A DNA stretch of 64,000 nucleotides from Rhynchobatus australiae (Eukaryota), in contig JAUZTB010000127.1 in assembly GCA_034780895.1 (NCBI GenBank), forward strand, positions 20,443,890 to 20,507,889, given 5' to 3'. This document shows positions 23,613 through 36,211 of the stretch, piece after piece. The notes under the pieces were generated by a model. That model was not told where the DNA came from. It searched no databases and saw nothing but the letters and a program-made list of their open reading frames with translations. A program made the position numbers and the translations under genes. How positions within the stretch are numbered: position 1 is the first letter of the stretch; each line of letters begins with the position of its first letter.

Positions 23613-25466
23613 ATGGCACGTCTATATGTACACCACCCAGGTTTTTCCATGCATTCATCAAGACTGAAAACACAATGACTTTAGCTTTGTAAATCTTCAG
23701 TATGTCCAAGTGTAGGCTATTGAAAGCCACATTTGATTTGACAGTTCCAGAGTTAATTTTTATATTTGTGCAAACTCAACGTGGTTGTATATTACTGCGA
23801 TAGGTGAACTTTTCCACTGTGTGGAGTATTGAGCCTACCACCACAGTGAATGGCCAAATGAAAGGCTTTCCTGGTGCAAGCTGCTTTATCACTTCTGTCT
23901 CATGGTGTTGATTGTGAGTTCAGACAGTGTAGTTACTTATTGGTAAATTGGTTTATTATTGTCACATGAACTGAAGTACAGTGGAAAAACTTGTCTTGCA
24001 TACCATTCATACAGATCAATTCATTACAACACTGCATTCAGGTATTACAAGGTAAAGCAATAGCAGAATAAAGTGTTACAGAGAAAGTGTAGTGCAGGTA
24101 GTAATTCTTGAAGATATAGAATTTACATTTAAATGTGCAGAACAATTATAATAGTAATGAGTGGCTCTGCAGAGAGCAGCTTGCAAAGAGTTGCCCCACT
24201 CTGGCACCATCTTGCCACAAAGAACAAGCTGAAGATGAATGGTTTAATAGTGAACTTTAAGGATGTGTGTGCCTTAATTACTGCTGCACAACCTTTCTGA
24301 CACCGAATATCTCTTAAGAGTAGTTTCATTCTTCAGTTTGTTGGAGATCTTCTTTTAAAAAAACTTTTTTTTCTTTATTTATATTGTCTTGTGTTTCTGG
24401 TATTGAATTAAATATCCAAATTTGCATTTCCTAGTTTAGGCTCAGCATATCTCAATGAAGCTTCTTCAGTTTTGTTTAGAAAGCACACCAGGTTGCCCTT
24501 TTCATATACATTCCAGATTTCATGTGGAATGCTTGCCAATAACCACAACTTGCAGTGCAAAAGGCCACAGAAAGATGGGGCATCTGTGAGCTTAAAAGGA
24601 AAATGACTGTGCATTGTTTGCTTCTGACCACAAAGTCTGGGCAGCAGTGACACTGGTGCCAAAGCCAGTGCAATCATTCGAGTTTGAAATCCAAGTTTAT
24701 CTTTCCCTGATAAAATTGATAGTTTCAGACATATATGAGTATAACTGCTGATTAAGTATCTTCAAATTTAATCATCTTTATTTGAACTAAGCACAAGTNN
24801 NNNNNNNNNNNNNNNNNNNNNNNNNNNNNNNNNNNNNNNNNNNNNNNNNNNNNNNNNNNNNNNNNNNNNNNNNNNNNNNNNNNNNNNNNNNNNNNNNNCT
24901 GCTGATTAAGTAGCTTCACATTTAATCATCTTGATTTGAACTAAGCACAAGTTCCAGTCATATTGTATAATGCATTGCTCTAGTTTGCTTTAACTGGTTA
25001 TGAGTGTGGCTGGTATGTTTTACTTTTGCATTATTCACAAACTCTACCATTTTTTTAGCTAGGCAACTCACTTAGAAACCATGGAATTCATTTATTTATA
25101 TTTGAGACTAAGTTTCTGGTCCTTAATTAAATTTTTATTGCAAATACAGCAGTTGTGCTTTTTTCATCCTAGATATTTAAGTGCCTTTAAAAGAAAAATT
25201 CATTGTGATATATTTTATGGCACTTGCACTTAATGTTATTTTACCTGGATAATGGCAAATAATTTTTCTGGTGGTTGGACTCAAAACAAATTGGATTCCA
25301 GTTTCTCTGAAAACTGAGGAGAGAAGAATTCTCTGTTTTTTAACAAGGAGAATTTGATGTGGGTCAGAGGAATAGTTTTGGTAAGTTAGGGCTAAAAGAA
25401 GTGCTAAAGCTAGAATGAAGTGAAAGCTGAAAGTTGTATTTTCTGTTTTTACATTTTACTTTAAAG

Positions 25467-25566
25467 GCACTCCAGAGAGAGGAAATACAAAGCAGAATTG
25501 GAAGCATGCCACCTCGAGGCTGTACCTCTGGAATTTGGTGACTTCCATCCTCTGAAACCTATTACT
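25467..25566 (+). CDS. VPS35L: VPS35L exon 2 ([33 protein letters not shown])
   Basis: aaag/gtatgt, 100 nt. Carries the HPL motif. Confidence 0.96.
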
Positions 25567-26058
25567 GTATGTTCCTCAGTAGCACCTAGTGTTCTAACTT
25601 TTTAAAATTTATCCATATATTTAAAGTGAATTTATTAATGAATGTTGAATGGACAATATGAGTATATTTACAAATGTTAACATTAAATATTTTTGTGATA
25701 CTGGCCACCGATCCTTTCTTTAATATTATCTCAGCTTAAGTTCATGTTGTCATTTTGTGCAAGACATTGTAAGCAAAGATTCTAAAGTTTAAAACATTTT
25801 TAAAGTTAATCGTGCTTAAGAAAATACCATAAATGTGTAAGTAAAGTATTAAGGCAAAGCAAGCAGAATATGCACACTTTTTAGTTTCAATGCTTGTAGA
25901 AATTTACTGAACGTTTCATGTGTTCAAATTTTCTAATTTGTTTTTAGCTACCCCATGAATCTGTAAATCAACTTATGCCAGTACTGGTGAGGAAATTGCA
26001 AAGATTATTAAGGATGGTTAATATAGAAAAGTAATATTAATTTGGTGATTCCTTGTAG

Positions 26059-26250
26059 GTCACTGAATCAAAGACAAAAAAAGTTGCCCGTAAAGGAAGT
26101 GCTTCATCAACCTCTTCATCGTCGTCCAGCTCAGTAGCGGACCCTTTGAGTAGTATGCTGGATGGCAGTGACCCTTTGTCATTGTTTGCTGCATCAGCAG
26201 ATCCTCTCACAGTTGCATCAATGACAACAGGAAAAAGCAATATCAACATG
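26059..26250 (+). CDS. VPS35L: VPS35L exon 3 ([40 protein letters not shown]...NINM)
   Basis: gtag/gtatct, 192 nt. Ser run and DPL repeats as in human. Confidence 0.94.
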
Positions 26251-27229
26251 GTATCTTGATAAGTTATGTTTGTATCATTATATCTTTTGCGGGGGGCAAA
26301 AAATCACCTATTTTAATACGTGGCTGTTGTTATCAATTTTATAGTTTACTCTTGCCGTTTTAACTGGTTCGCTGCTACCCAATCAAGAATGACTGGTGGG
26401 ATCAATGATAAAATTGGCGTTCCAACTTTACCAGTTTTATTGGTGTCATTCATTCAGTTGCATGTATTTACCATAATCAATGAGCTAATTGTTCTGAATT
26501 TTAAAGTGAAAAGTAGATTTCTGAACAAAGTTTNNNNNNNNNNNNNNNNNNNNNNNNNNNNNNNNNNNNNNNAAGAATACATTTTTTTTGAGCCATATTA
26601 TTAAACATCTTCAAGAAGACTGATTTACCAAATTCTGAAGGGCACATGGGCAGGGAATAAATGCTTGTAACAACCTGCAGTTATTTGGTATTTCTTGTAT
26701 AGTGAAATTGTGCAGAACAAGTTTTTAAAGGATTCTATAAAACAGTGTTGCACTTTGGTATTCTGTTATTATTTTATCCTGGAAAAGTTTCCTGATATTT
26801 TATATATTAAAATGGTTTTTGAATTCAGAGGCAAATTTAATAAGCTTTAATTTTCGAACATTTGGGAAGTACACAGAATTAAGGACTTATCTATTATGTG
26901 TCAGAATGAGAAAAGAGAGAAAACAAGTCTTCAGTAGCAGAGAAGATGGAAGGATGGATAGAACAAAGGGAATATCTCTAAGGGGAGATCAAATGAGCTA
27001 ATGTAGCAGTTAGAGATGCAGGTGTTGCATTCCCTGCAGTCAACAGAATTCTCCAACTTTCGGATTCTGTCTGTATTAGAATTGGCCTGTCGTATTATTT
27101 GGCTCAGTTCTTTTTCTACTAGAATAGTAAGGCCTCTGCATATATCTCACAACCTTTCTATTAACAACACATTACACAAAAGAAAACGCATTTCCCTTTG
27201 TTCTACCCACCCCTCCCCCATCTTGTCTT

Positions 27230-27570
27230 TGTTCTGACAAAGGGGTTTGGACATGAAACATGAACTCTCTCTCTCCACGGATGCTGCCTCACCCGCTGAG
27301 TGTTTCCAGCGTTTTCTGTTTTTTTTTCAAACTTCCAGCATCTGCAGTCAGTTTTTTGCTCTACATATCTATAATCTGCTCTCCCCTCCTCCCCCACACC
27401 TGCCTATCACTATCTCCTACCTGCATCTACCTATCACCACCTTGTGCTGATCTCACCTCCCCTCTTGTCCACCGATCACTGCTCTGCTTTTCCCTCTGAC
27501 CTGAAATATTGACCGCCTGCTTTTCTCCATGGATGCTGACTGACCTGCTGATTTTCTCCAGCTTCATAGT
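27230..27570 (+). mobile_element. Two partial Penelope-type terminal repeats in tandem
   Basis: ccacggatgctgcctcacccgctgag and ccatggatgctgactgacctgctga. Confidence 0.6.
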
Positions 27571-27808
27571 GTTTTTTATATCTATAAAGTACTTTAATAT
27601 ATTGTTACTAATCAGAGTTCTTTTTGAAATTGACTCGTGTAGATAACAGGGTTCTTTATTAATGGTACAGTTGTACATTTGCTTTCAGTGTATTCATATT
27701 GATATTTCATCAAAGATCAGTTTTTTTAAGAACTGGATTATATTTGTACATGTGTTGTAAATGACGCTCCCTGTTCTTGCTGCTCATCTTTTTCATTGTG
27801 TTGCATAG

Positions 27809-27931
27809 GATCCTGGTAAAAAGCAGCGTGACAAAGAAGATGATACAGGAGTAGGGATTGACTTTGAACCATGGTCTGGGAAGCGCAGTAATATACTTGC
27901 ACGATACACAACCACAGAGAAGCTGTCCATA
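27809..27931 (+). CDS. VPS35L: VPS35L exon 4 (DPGKKQRDK...[24 protein letters not shown])
   Basis: catag/gtaagg, 123 nt. Confidence 0.96.
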
Positions 27932-28651
27932 GTAAGGAACTTCAAAACGATTTCCATTTTCTGTATTAACATTTGGCTGAATCCCATAATGCTGCCTCGC
28001 AGTCTAATAAGGCATTATGTTCAAGTAATGAAGCAATTTACAAAGTACCCTTTTTTAATAAATAATATAATCAAATATGTTTTACATAATTACATCCTGT
28101 AATTGTAACTTTACTGTGCAAAATGTATAGTCTAGTTTTTGAGAGCATAACCATAGCTTTTAAGATTTCATAATATAATCACTACTTGTATATCAATTCA
28201 GATGTTCACACCAAACACAAATAAGTTATGGAAGTAAGTGGAGAAGGAGCATGAATGGAATGAGATGTATTTCTAATTGGTATTCATTTATCTTCTAAGT
28301 CTTGTGCATTCTTTTATCAATAGCATTTTATGATATTATTGAGCCATCACAGAAAAGAAGCTTTGAATGATTGGTATTTGCAAAAGACCTTTGGCAGTTT
28401 GCGAGTTTCTTAGTTCAATATTTTTTTTCCCCCAATTGTGATTGAGATGGGCAACATTTGGAGAGCAAATATTTGTACAATTTTTGTAAATATTACTCTT
28501 GCATTTTAATGTCCATCCCCTGTTTTAAGTTCAGATTCCCAGAACTGTAAAATAATTGAGTATTGCATTTGTTTTGTTTTCTACAGTGCAATTGTATTGT
28601 CATATTTTATGATAGATTCTGCTTTTTACATTACCTATTTTCCATTTACAG

Positions 28652-28676
28652 AATTTATTTATGGGATCTGAAAAAG
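28652..28676 (+). CDS. VPS35L: VPS35L exon 5, 25-nt microexon (NLFMGSEK)
   Basis: tttacag/gtaagt. Peptide identical to recalled human NLFMGSEKG. Confidence 0.93.
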
Positions 28677-28783
28677 GTAAGTGGCAGGAGTAAGTTTATT
28701 GAAATGTTTAATTTTGCAAGCTACATTCAAGAATTTCAATATTTATATTTATAATAAATTGATTTTGTTGTATTCTCTCGTAG

Positions 28784-28860
28784 GTAAAGCCACAAGTCCT
28801 GGATCAGCTGTTTCTGAAAAAGTGAGGACTCGTTTAGAAGAGTTAGATGACCTAGAGGAG
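28784..28860 (+). CDS. VPS35L: VPS35L exon 6 (KATSPGSAVSEKVRTRLEELDDLEE)
   Basis: cgtag/gtaaat, 77 nt. Confidence 0.96.
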
Positions 28861-29834
28861 GTAAATAATAGTTTTCATTTGAAGCAACCTTTTAACAGTT
28901 GTGCCCAGTGAGAGAGAAGAGTTTTCTTCTAATTTTCTTCAGTAGTTTGGAAATACCAGCAATAAGTAATTGAACAGTGAAAGTAATGATTGAAGGTTTA
29001 TTTATCTTTTGACCATNNNNNNNNNNNNNNNNNNNNNNNNNNNNNNNNNNNNNNNNATTTTATACAGCTTTTAAATATTTTTAACCTTTTTAAGGGTTTC
29101 TCAGTTCAGTGGTATATCAGAAACTATTGGATTCAGGTACATAATAGTTATATTTTTCTTTACGTATGCTGTAGTGAACATTTTTAAAAAATAGATTACT
29201 GATGGCATTGAGGAATTTGCCATTTGTACCAATGAAAATGTTGAATTAGAAATGCTTAGAGTTTGAAAATGAACCTTTAAGTATGCTTTGAATGTGAAAT
29301 GTAACTTCTGTTCCAGTGTATTGCCTTTTGGATGAGAAATATCCTTAACATTCTCTTCCTTTCTACCCAGCTTGGCAGTTACCTTGCTGTTCTCAGGGCT
29401 ATTTGGCATGATTTTTAAGTTCATTACAAAGCTGCATGATTTTTTTCCAGCTGGGCTATCGGTAGTTCATTGCAATGTATTGTGGACAGAATACAGCAGT
29501 TAATGTTCAATGGTATATATAAGTTGACATCTGAGTGGATTTTCTTCCAATAACCACTTAAATCTTCATTCAGTGGAAGTGCTGAAGTACTATAATTTTT
29601 TTTTCTCTGCATAAGTCTTCAAACCATCCCACAGAATACATTTTATAAATATCCTATTTATATGCTGATCTGTGATCTTGAGAGCTGTTTAGTTAATTTC
29701 TTATATAATTCAGTTTATGCAATAATGCACGAGCATGACACATTTTATGTCGATTTCTGTGTCAGTCTACATGCAGTCTGATGTTAAGGTTAGCTTATGA
29801 CATAACAAGTTAAATTATAACATTGAGAAATAAT

Positions 29835-30620
29835 CTAGAACATAAAAAAACTACAGCACAATTCAGGCCCTTTGGCTCACAAAGCTGTGCCAAACATATC
29901 CCTAACCTAGAAATTACTAGGCTTACCCATAGCCCTCTATTTTACTCAGTTCCATGTACATATCTAACTTTCTCTTGAAAGACCCTATCGTATCCAACTC
30001 CAGCACAGTTTCTGGCAGCCCATTCCACGCANNNNNNNNNNNNNNNNNNNNNNNNNNNNNNNNNNNNNNNNNNNNNNNNNNNNNNNNNNNNNNNNNNNNN
30101 NNNNNNNNNNNNNNNNNNNNNNNNNNNNNNNCCCTCTATTTTTCTCATCTCCATGCACCTATCCAACAGTCTCTTAAAAGACCCTATCGTATCCACCTCC
30201 ACCACCGTTACCAGCAGCCCATTCCACGCACTCACCACTATCTGAGTAAAAAAGCTTACCGCTGAAATCTCCTCCATACCTTCTCCCCAGCACCTTAAAC
30301 CTATGTCCTCTTGTGGCCACCATTTCAGCCCTGGGGAAAAGTCTTTGACTATCCACCCGATCAATGCCTCTCATCATCTTATATACCTCTTATCAGGCCC
30401 TCCTCGTCCTCCGTCGCTCCAAGGAGAAAAGGCCAAGTACCCTCAACCTGCTTTCATAAGGCATGCTCCACATTGCAGGCAAGATCATTGTAAATCTCAT
30501 CTGCACCCTTTCTATGGCTTCCACATCCTTTCTGTAGTCAGGCGACCATAAATGAGAACAGTACAGCAAGTGGGGTCTGACCAGGGACCTATATAGCTGC
30601 AACAATACCTCTCGGCTCCA
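29835..30620 (-). mobile_element. CR1 LINE 3' end, relatively young
   Basis: LQLYRSLVRPHLLYCSHLWSP; MRGIDRVDSQRLFP. Confidence 0.9.
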
Positions 30621-31799
30621 AGATTTATTTAAAATCTTGTATTTTAAATAATGTTATGTTTACGACTATTGAAAGTCAGCAGTTAACAAGAACTGTAAAT
30701 TGTTCCAAAGCTGAATTCTCAAATGATTTGCCAGGAAGCAGTGTTATCATGTTTGTAAAATAATAAGTTCAATTGATATATCCTAATTCACCATGCATTA
30801 CAAATTTTAGGTAAGATATGATCTGCTAGTTCTTACTTGGTTACATCAATTTTCTAATAACTTGTGAAATTCCTTCTAACAAAAAGTTAATTCTCTTTAT
30901 GGTTAATGACTTACCAATGAAATCATGGGATTCATTGAGATTTGATTACTTTGCATATCCTAAGGAAATTTTTCATTCCATTGAAGGTTAGTTTGCATAA
31001 AGAAAAGTCTGCCTTATGATTGTTTACAAAAAACTTTTGAATTAACATTTGCAAAGAGGCAACCATAGAATTTCATTCTCCACTGAGGCATCAAACTGCT
31101 TATCTTTGATTTCTTTGTCCATTGTCTTGGTAGTTCTCTATCAGTTGAAGAGAGTGGTAGTTGCCACTCTGGAGTACAATTTACAAGAATATGTTCCCTT
31201 ATGTAAAGGAAAAGTAAAAATTATTATTTTTCCGGACAGTGTGTCAAACTAGGTTTGTTGATAAATCAAATCAGATGTAACTGTAAATTGTAATTTANNN
31301 NNNNNNNNNNNNNNNNNNNNNNNNNNNNNNNNNNNNNNNNNNNNNNNNNNNNNNNNNNNNNNNNNNNNNNNNNNNNNNNNNNNNNNNNNNNNNNNNNNNN
31401 NNNNNNNNNNNNNNNNNNNNNNNNNNNNNNNNNNNNNNNNNNNNNNNNNNNNNNNNNNNNNNNNNNNNNNNNNNNNNNNNNNNNNNNNNNNNNNNNNNNN
31501 NNNNNNNNNNNNNNNNNNNNNNNNNNNNNNNNNNNNNNNNNNNNNNNNNNNNNNNNNNNNNNNNNNNNNNNNNNNNNNNNNNNNNNNNNNNNNNNNNNNN
31601 NNNNNNNNNNNNNNNNNNNNNNNNNNNNNNNNNNNNNNNNNNNNNNNNNNNNNNNNNNNNNNNNNNNNNNNNNNNNNNNNNNNNNNNNNNNNNNNNNNNN
31701 NNNNNNNNNNNNNNNNNNNNNNNNNNNNNNNNNNNNNNNNNNNNNNNNNNNNNNNNNNNNNNNNNNNNNNNNNNNNNNCCCCCCCCCCCCCCCCCCCCC

Positions 31800-33200
31800 C
31801 AACTCTCTCAAATTCCTGGGGTGTTTCTGGTGTCTTCCACAGTGAAGACTGACGCAAAGTACTTATTCAGTTCATCCACCATTTCTTTGTTCCCCATTAC
31901 TACTTCTCTACCATCATTGTCCAATATCCACTCTTACCTCTCTTTTACTCTTTATATATCTGAAAAAACGTTTGGTATCCTCTTTGTATTATTAGCTATT
32001 TTACCTTCATATTCAATCTTTTCTCCCCTTATTGCTATTTTTAGTTGCCTTCTGGTGGTTTTTAAAGGCTGCCCAATCCTCTATCTCTGTTTTTTTGCAA
32101 TATTGTATGCCCTTTTATGGCTTTTGTGCTGTCTTTGACTTCCCTTGTCAGCCACAGTTGCCTCATCCTCCCTTTAGAATGTTGTGGCTTCTTTGGGATT
32201 AACTGATTCTGCATCTTCCAAATTACTCCCAGAAACTCCTGCATTGCTTCTCTACTGTCATCCCTGCTAGGATCCCTGTCCAATCAACTTTGGCCAGCTC
32301 CTCTCTCATGCCTCCGTAGTTACCTTTTACTCAACTGTCATACTGATATATCTGATTTTAGGTTCTCCCTCTCAAACTGCAGGGTGAATTCTATCGTATG
32401 ATCACTGCCACCTAACGGTTCCTTTACCTTAAGCTTCCTAATCAAATCTGGTTCGTTGCACAACACCAAATCCAAAATTGGCTTTTCCCTAATGGGCTTG
32501 ACCACAAGCTACTTTGAAAAGGCACCTTGTAGGCATTCTACAAATTCCTTCTCTTGGGATCCATTGCTAACCTGATTTTCCCAATCTGCCTGCATATTGA
32601 AGTTCCCCATGACCACCGTAACATTAGCTTTCTTGCATGCTATTTCTATCTCGTTGTAATTTGTGCCCCATGTCCTGGCTACTATTCAAGGCCTGTATGT
32701 AACTCCCATCAGGGTCTCTTTATCTTTGCAATTTCTTAACTCTACCCATCTACATCAAGGATTCTACATCTTCTGATCCTATGTCACTTATTGCTAAGGA
32801 TTTGGTTTCTTTTTTTTACCAACAGAGCCACCCTACCCCTCTGCCCACCTGCCTGTCTTTTCAATAGGATGTGTATCTCTGAATTTTTAGGTTGCAGCTG
32901 TGACTTTCTTTCAGCTGTGACTCAGTGATGCCCATAATGTTGTTCTTGCCAACTTCTATCCGCGCTCTAAGCTCATCTACCTTGTTTCATATACTGCATG
33001 CATTCAAATATAACATCTTCAGTCCAGTAGTCACCATTCCTCTTCTCAAATTTGTCTCCATGTTGCCTGAAGTTAAATTCTTATCCCTTTCTGAACTTTG
33101 TCTTATGTTGTATTCTAAAGACTTCAGTAACCTCTCCTGTGCTCTCCTTCCCTTTTTACTTTATCCATACTTTTCCAATCTGTTGAACTAACCCCGCCCC
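31800..33200 (-). mobile_element. CR1 LINE 5' ORF2 (endonuclease/linker) fragment
   Basis: aagttccccat (MGNF, GDFN-like) and LNKYFASVFTVEDT on the minus strand. Confidence 0.75.
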
Positions 33201-33706
33201 CCACCAGTTTATTGGGTAATAAGGCTCATTGGTACCAAAAAGAAGAGCGTATTTAAAGCTCTCCAAATAAAGCAGCTATTCTTCACATTCAGCCTGAAAA
33301 TTAGGTAAATGTAGTCCAATGACTCGCCCTTAGTTATGTATATGACTACAGTAAGTGCTTATTCATTAAAACCGCTTTCTGATATTTTATCAGATGAATG
33401 TTGGTTTAAAAAAATAACGCTGCTGCTTTAGGAGGTATTTAATTTGGAGAAAGTGCACATTATATTGATTATCTATCAATGTGGCTATTATATTTTTTGT
33501 TTGTTTTCACTGAGCCTATTGTTTAATTGTATCATGTAATTATCTTAGTTTAGAGACCTGGAATTCTTGTGTAATTTCAAAATTTTATAGGAACTATATA
33601 ATTTGAAATTTATTGCTTCCACTGTAGGATTTGAATTTATTTGTTTGCGAGTGACTTGTAAATGTGTAAATTTTATTTTAATTAGCATTCTTCTTACTTG
33701 CTCAAG

Positions 33707-33835
33707 GGTTCACAGAAAGAGCTTCTAAACTTGACCCAGCAGGATTATATAAACAGGATTGAAGAACTGAACCAATCACTGAAGGACGCATGGGCTACAG
33801 ATCAGAAAGTGAAAGCACTGAAAATAGTTATTCAG
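33707..33835 (+). CDS. VPS35L: VPS35L exon 7 ([43 protein letters not shown])
   Basis: caag/gtcagc, 129 nt, near-identical to human. Confidence 0.97.
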
Positions 33836-35758
33836 GTCAGCTTTAAACTACAACTGAAAATTGTAAATTTCCTTGTTAATGTGGTCAGACTAAACATGTT
33901 CTTATTGTTCTGCCTGATGGATAAGACAGCAGCATCCAACCTATTCGTTCACGTATTTGTTGCATCAACCCACAACTGGATTCTGTTTTATGATTTCTTG
34001 TATAACAAAATAAGATAAATATTCAAAAGCAGTTCAAATACTTAGCACTCTGCTTTACCATGTGCCACAGATCTGAGGTACATTTTACTCCTTTGAATAT
34101 TTATGATCCAAAAATGTGGCTNNNNNNNNNNNNNNNNNNNNNNNNNNNNNNNNNNNNNNNNNNNNNNNNNNNNNNNNNNNNNNNNNNNNNNNNNNNNNNN
34201 NNNNNNNNNNNNNNNNNNNNNNNNNNNNNNNNNNNNNNNNNNNNNNNNNNNNNNNNNNNNNNNNNNNNNNNNNNNNNNNNNNNNNNNNNNNNNNNNNNNN
34301 NNNNNNNNNNNNNNNNNNNNNNNNNNNNNNNNNNNNNNNNNNNNNNNNNNNNNNNNNNNNNNNNNNNNNNNNNNNNNNNNNNNNNNNNNNNNNNNNNNNN
34401 NNNNNNNNNNNNNNNNNNNNNNNNNNNNNNNNNNNNNNNNNNNNNNNNNNNNNNNNNNNNNNNNNNNNNNNNNNNNNNNNNNNNNNNNNNNNNNNNNNNN
34501 NNNNNNNNNNNNNNNNNNNNNNNNNNNNNNNNNNNNNNNNNNNNNNNNNNNNNNNNNNNNNNNNNNNNNNNNNNNNNNNNNNNNNNNNNNNNNNNNNNNN
34601 NNNNNNNNNNNNNNNNNNNNNNNNNNNNNNNNNNNNNNNNNNNNNNNNNNNNNNNNNNNNNNNNNNNNNNNNNNNNNNNNNNNNNNNNNNNNNNNNNNNN
34701 NNNNNNNNNNNNNNNNNNNNNNNNNNNNNNNNNNNNNNNNNNNNNNNNNNNNNNNNNNNNNNNNNNNNNNNNNNNNNNNNNNNNNNNNNNNNNNNNNNNN
34801 NNNNNNNATGCCTGCAATGTTTCTAGGAACTGGTTGAACACTGATTTTATTTCAGTAATCACTTGCACTATGTTAATTAATATGAAATGAAATTTCCTTG
34901 TGCTTATAAAACTATACCTTCTTAAAATATTACTAATTACAACAAATCATTTAAATGTTGTTCCTGTGGCATTAAGTAGCCTTACTGTCTGACTTTGCAA
35001 CCATGTAATCACCTCAATGTCTATAGCTTATTGGAAATTTTAACCTTTCAGACTTTACATTTAACTTTATCACTATTAAAAGTATTGATTTTTCAAATCT
35101 TTGTATCTAGTACATGTAGACAGCATTTCTGATGTGGTTATCTTTCGGGATGGATAATTAAACACTAATTGGTACCTTTTGCATTTGTGCACACTTGTTA
35201 TTGTGCAAAGCTGTTTTGGCTACATATCAGTACTATACTTGAATATAAACCTGCTGTCATAGCCTAAAGCAAAGTGGACTGAGACTTTATCATCATCATT
35301 CTGATATTGGGTCTGGCTCCAACTCTAGATTTGGATTGCATTTTATATATGGAATCAAACACCATAGTCCAGACTGTTTGCAGCTTTGTGTCCTCACAAT
35401 TTAGAGTGCTGGTTAAGTTAATGTCACCTAAAACTACAATTCTCTCTTCTTTTATCCAGGCTATTAATGTATATTATGAAAAGCTGAAGTCCCAATAAAG
35501 CTCCCCGGGAATGTCACTTGGCATGATTCAAACTCTGATTTGTTGAACGTATTCCCTTTCTGCCTATCCCGTGTTCCCTCATCTCTCAATCAATTACCAA
35601 TCTTTTTAAACCTAATTTCCTGACAAGTATGCTTTCCAAGTAAATGTTTCCTTTTAAACAAATCAGATCTTAATGGCGTTTTGGAAGAGTTGCTTTCCAG
35701 TCTGTATTTTTTTAATGGAAAAAAAATGAATTAAATTTTTCTCATTTTTTGATTACAG

Positions 35759-35833
35759 GTAAACTAGTGTATGAGCGGATTTTGTCCATGTGTTCAAAGA
35801 GTCGAATTTCCCTTCCTGGAAACTCTGTGTCAG
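35759..35833 (+). CDS. VPS35L: VPS35L exon 9 (KLVYERILSMCSKSRISLPGNSVS); exon 8 not visible, presumably in gap 34122-34807
   Basis: ttacag acceptor, cag/gtaatt donor. Phase 1-1, compatible with exon 10. Confidence 0.9.
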
Positions 35834-36114
35834 GTAATTTTCAATAAAGGAATTAAATGTTTTGGTAATGTATGACCTCTTTAGATCAATGCACAATTTG
35901 ACATGATGCATTAGTAAAATGGATGTTCTAGTTCTGATTTTTATGCAGGTATGCTTGTAGCAAAGATGCTAAAGGAGATTGTAAAGGTGATTTGTCCAAA
36001 AATTGAATGTGACCTAGTTGTCTGAAATAGACACATCTTTTGTATATCTTTGTAAAGGATTATAGTTCAACATTTTTATCTTTTTTAACAGTAAGTATTC
36101 TATTTGTGATGCAG

Positions 36115-36211
36115 ATAACTTTGGTCAAGATGATGTGAATGAAACTGCAAAAGAAACCTGTCTGAACTGGTTCTTCAAGATTGCATCGATTAGAGAGCTC
36201 ATTTCCAGATT
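36115..36211 (+). CDS. VPS35L: VPS35L exon 10 ([33 protein letters not shown])
   Basis: gcag acceptor, GTATCCTT donor, 97 nt. Confidence 0.96.

Noticed and set aside
24745-24951. Direct repeats flanking gaps (also 5643/5759, 13886/14001, 29932/30132, 55809/55869)
   Set aside because: Near-identical sequence on both sides of a scaffold gap, usually about 100 N, is typical of unmerged contig overlaps or haplotype differences.
26037-26249. Minus-strand ORF with an acidic DDDEEVDE run
   Set aside because: It is the antisense shadow of the Ser-rich VPS35L exon 3.
35935-35955. AG|GT recursive-splice-like motif (ttatgcag|gtatgc)
   Set aside because: The intron is only about 280 nt and the pyrimidine tract is weak, so this is likely chance.
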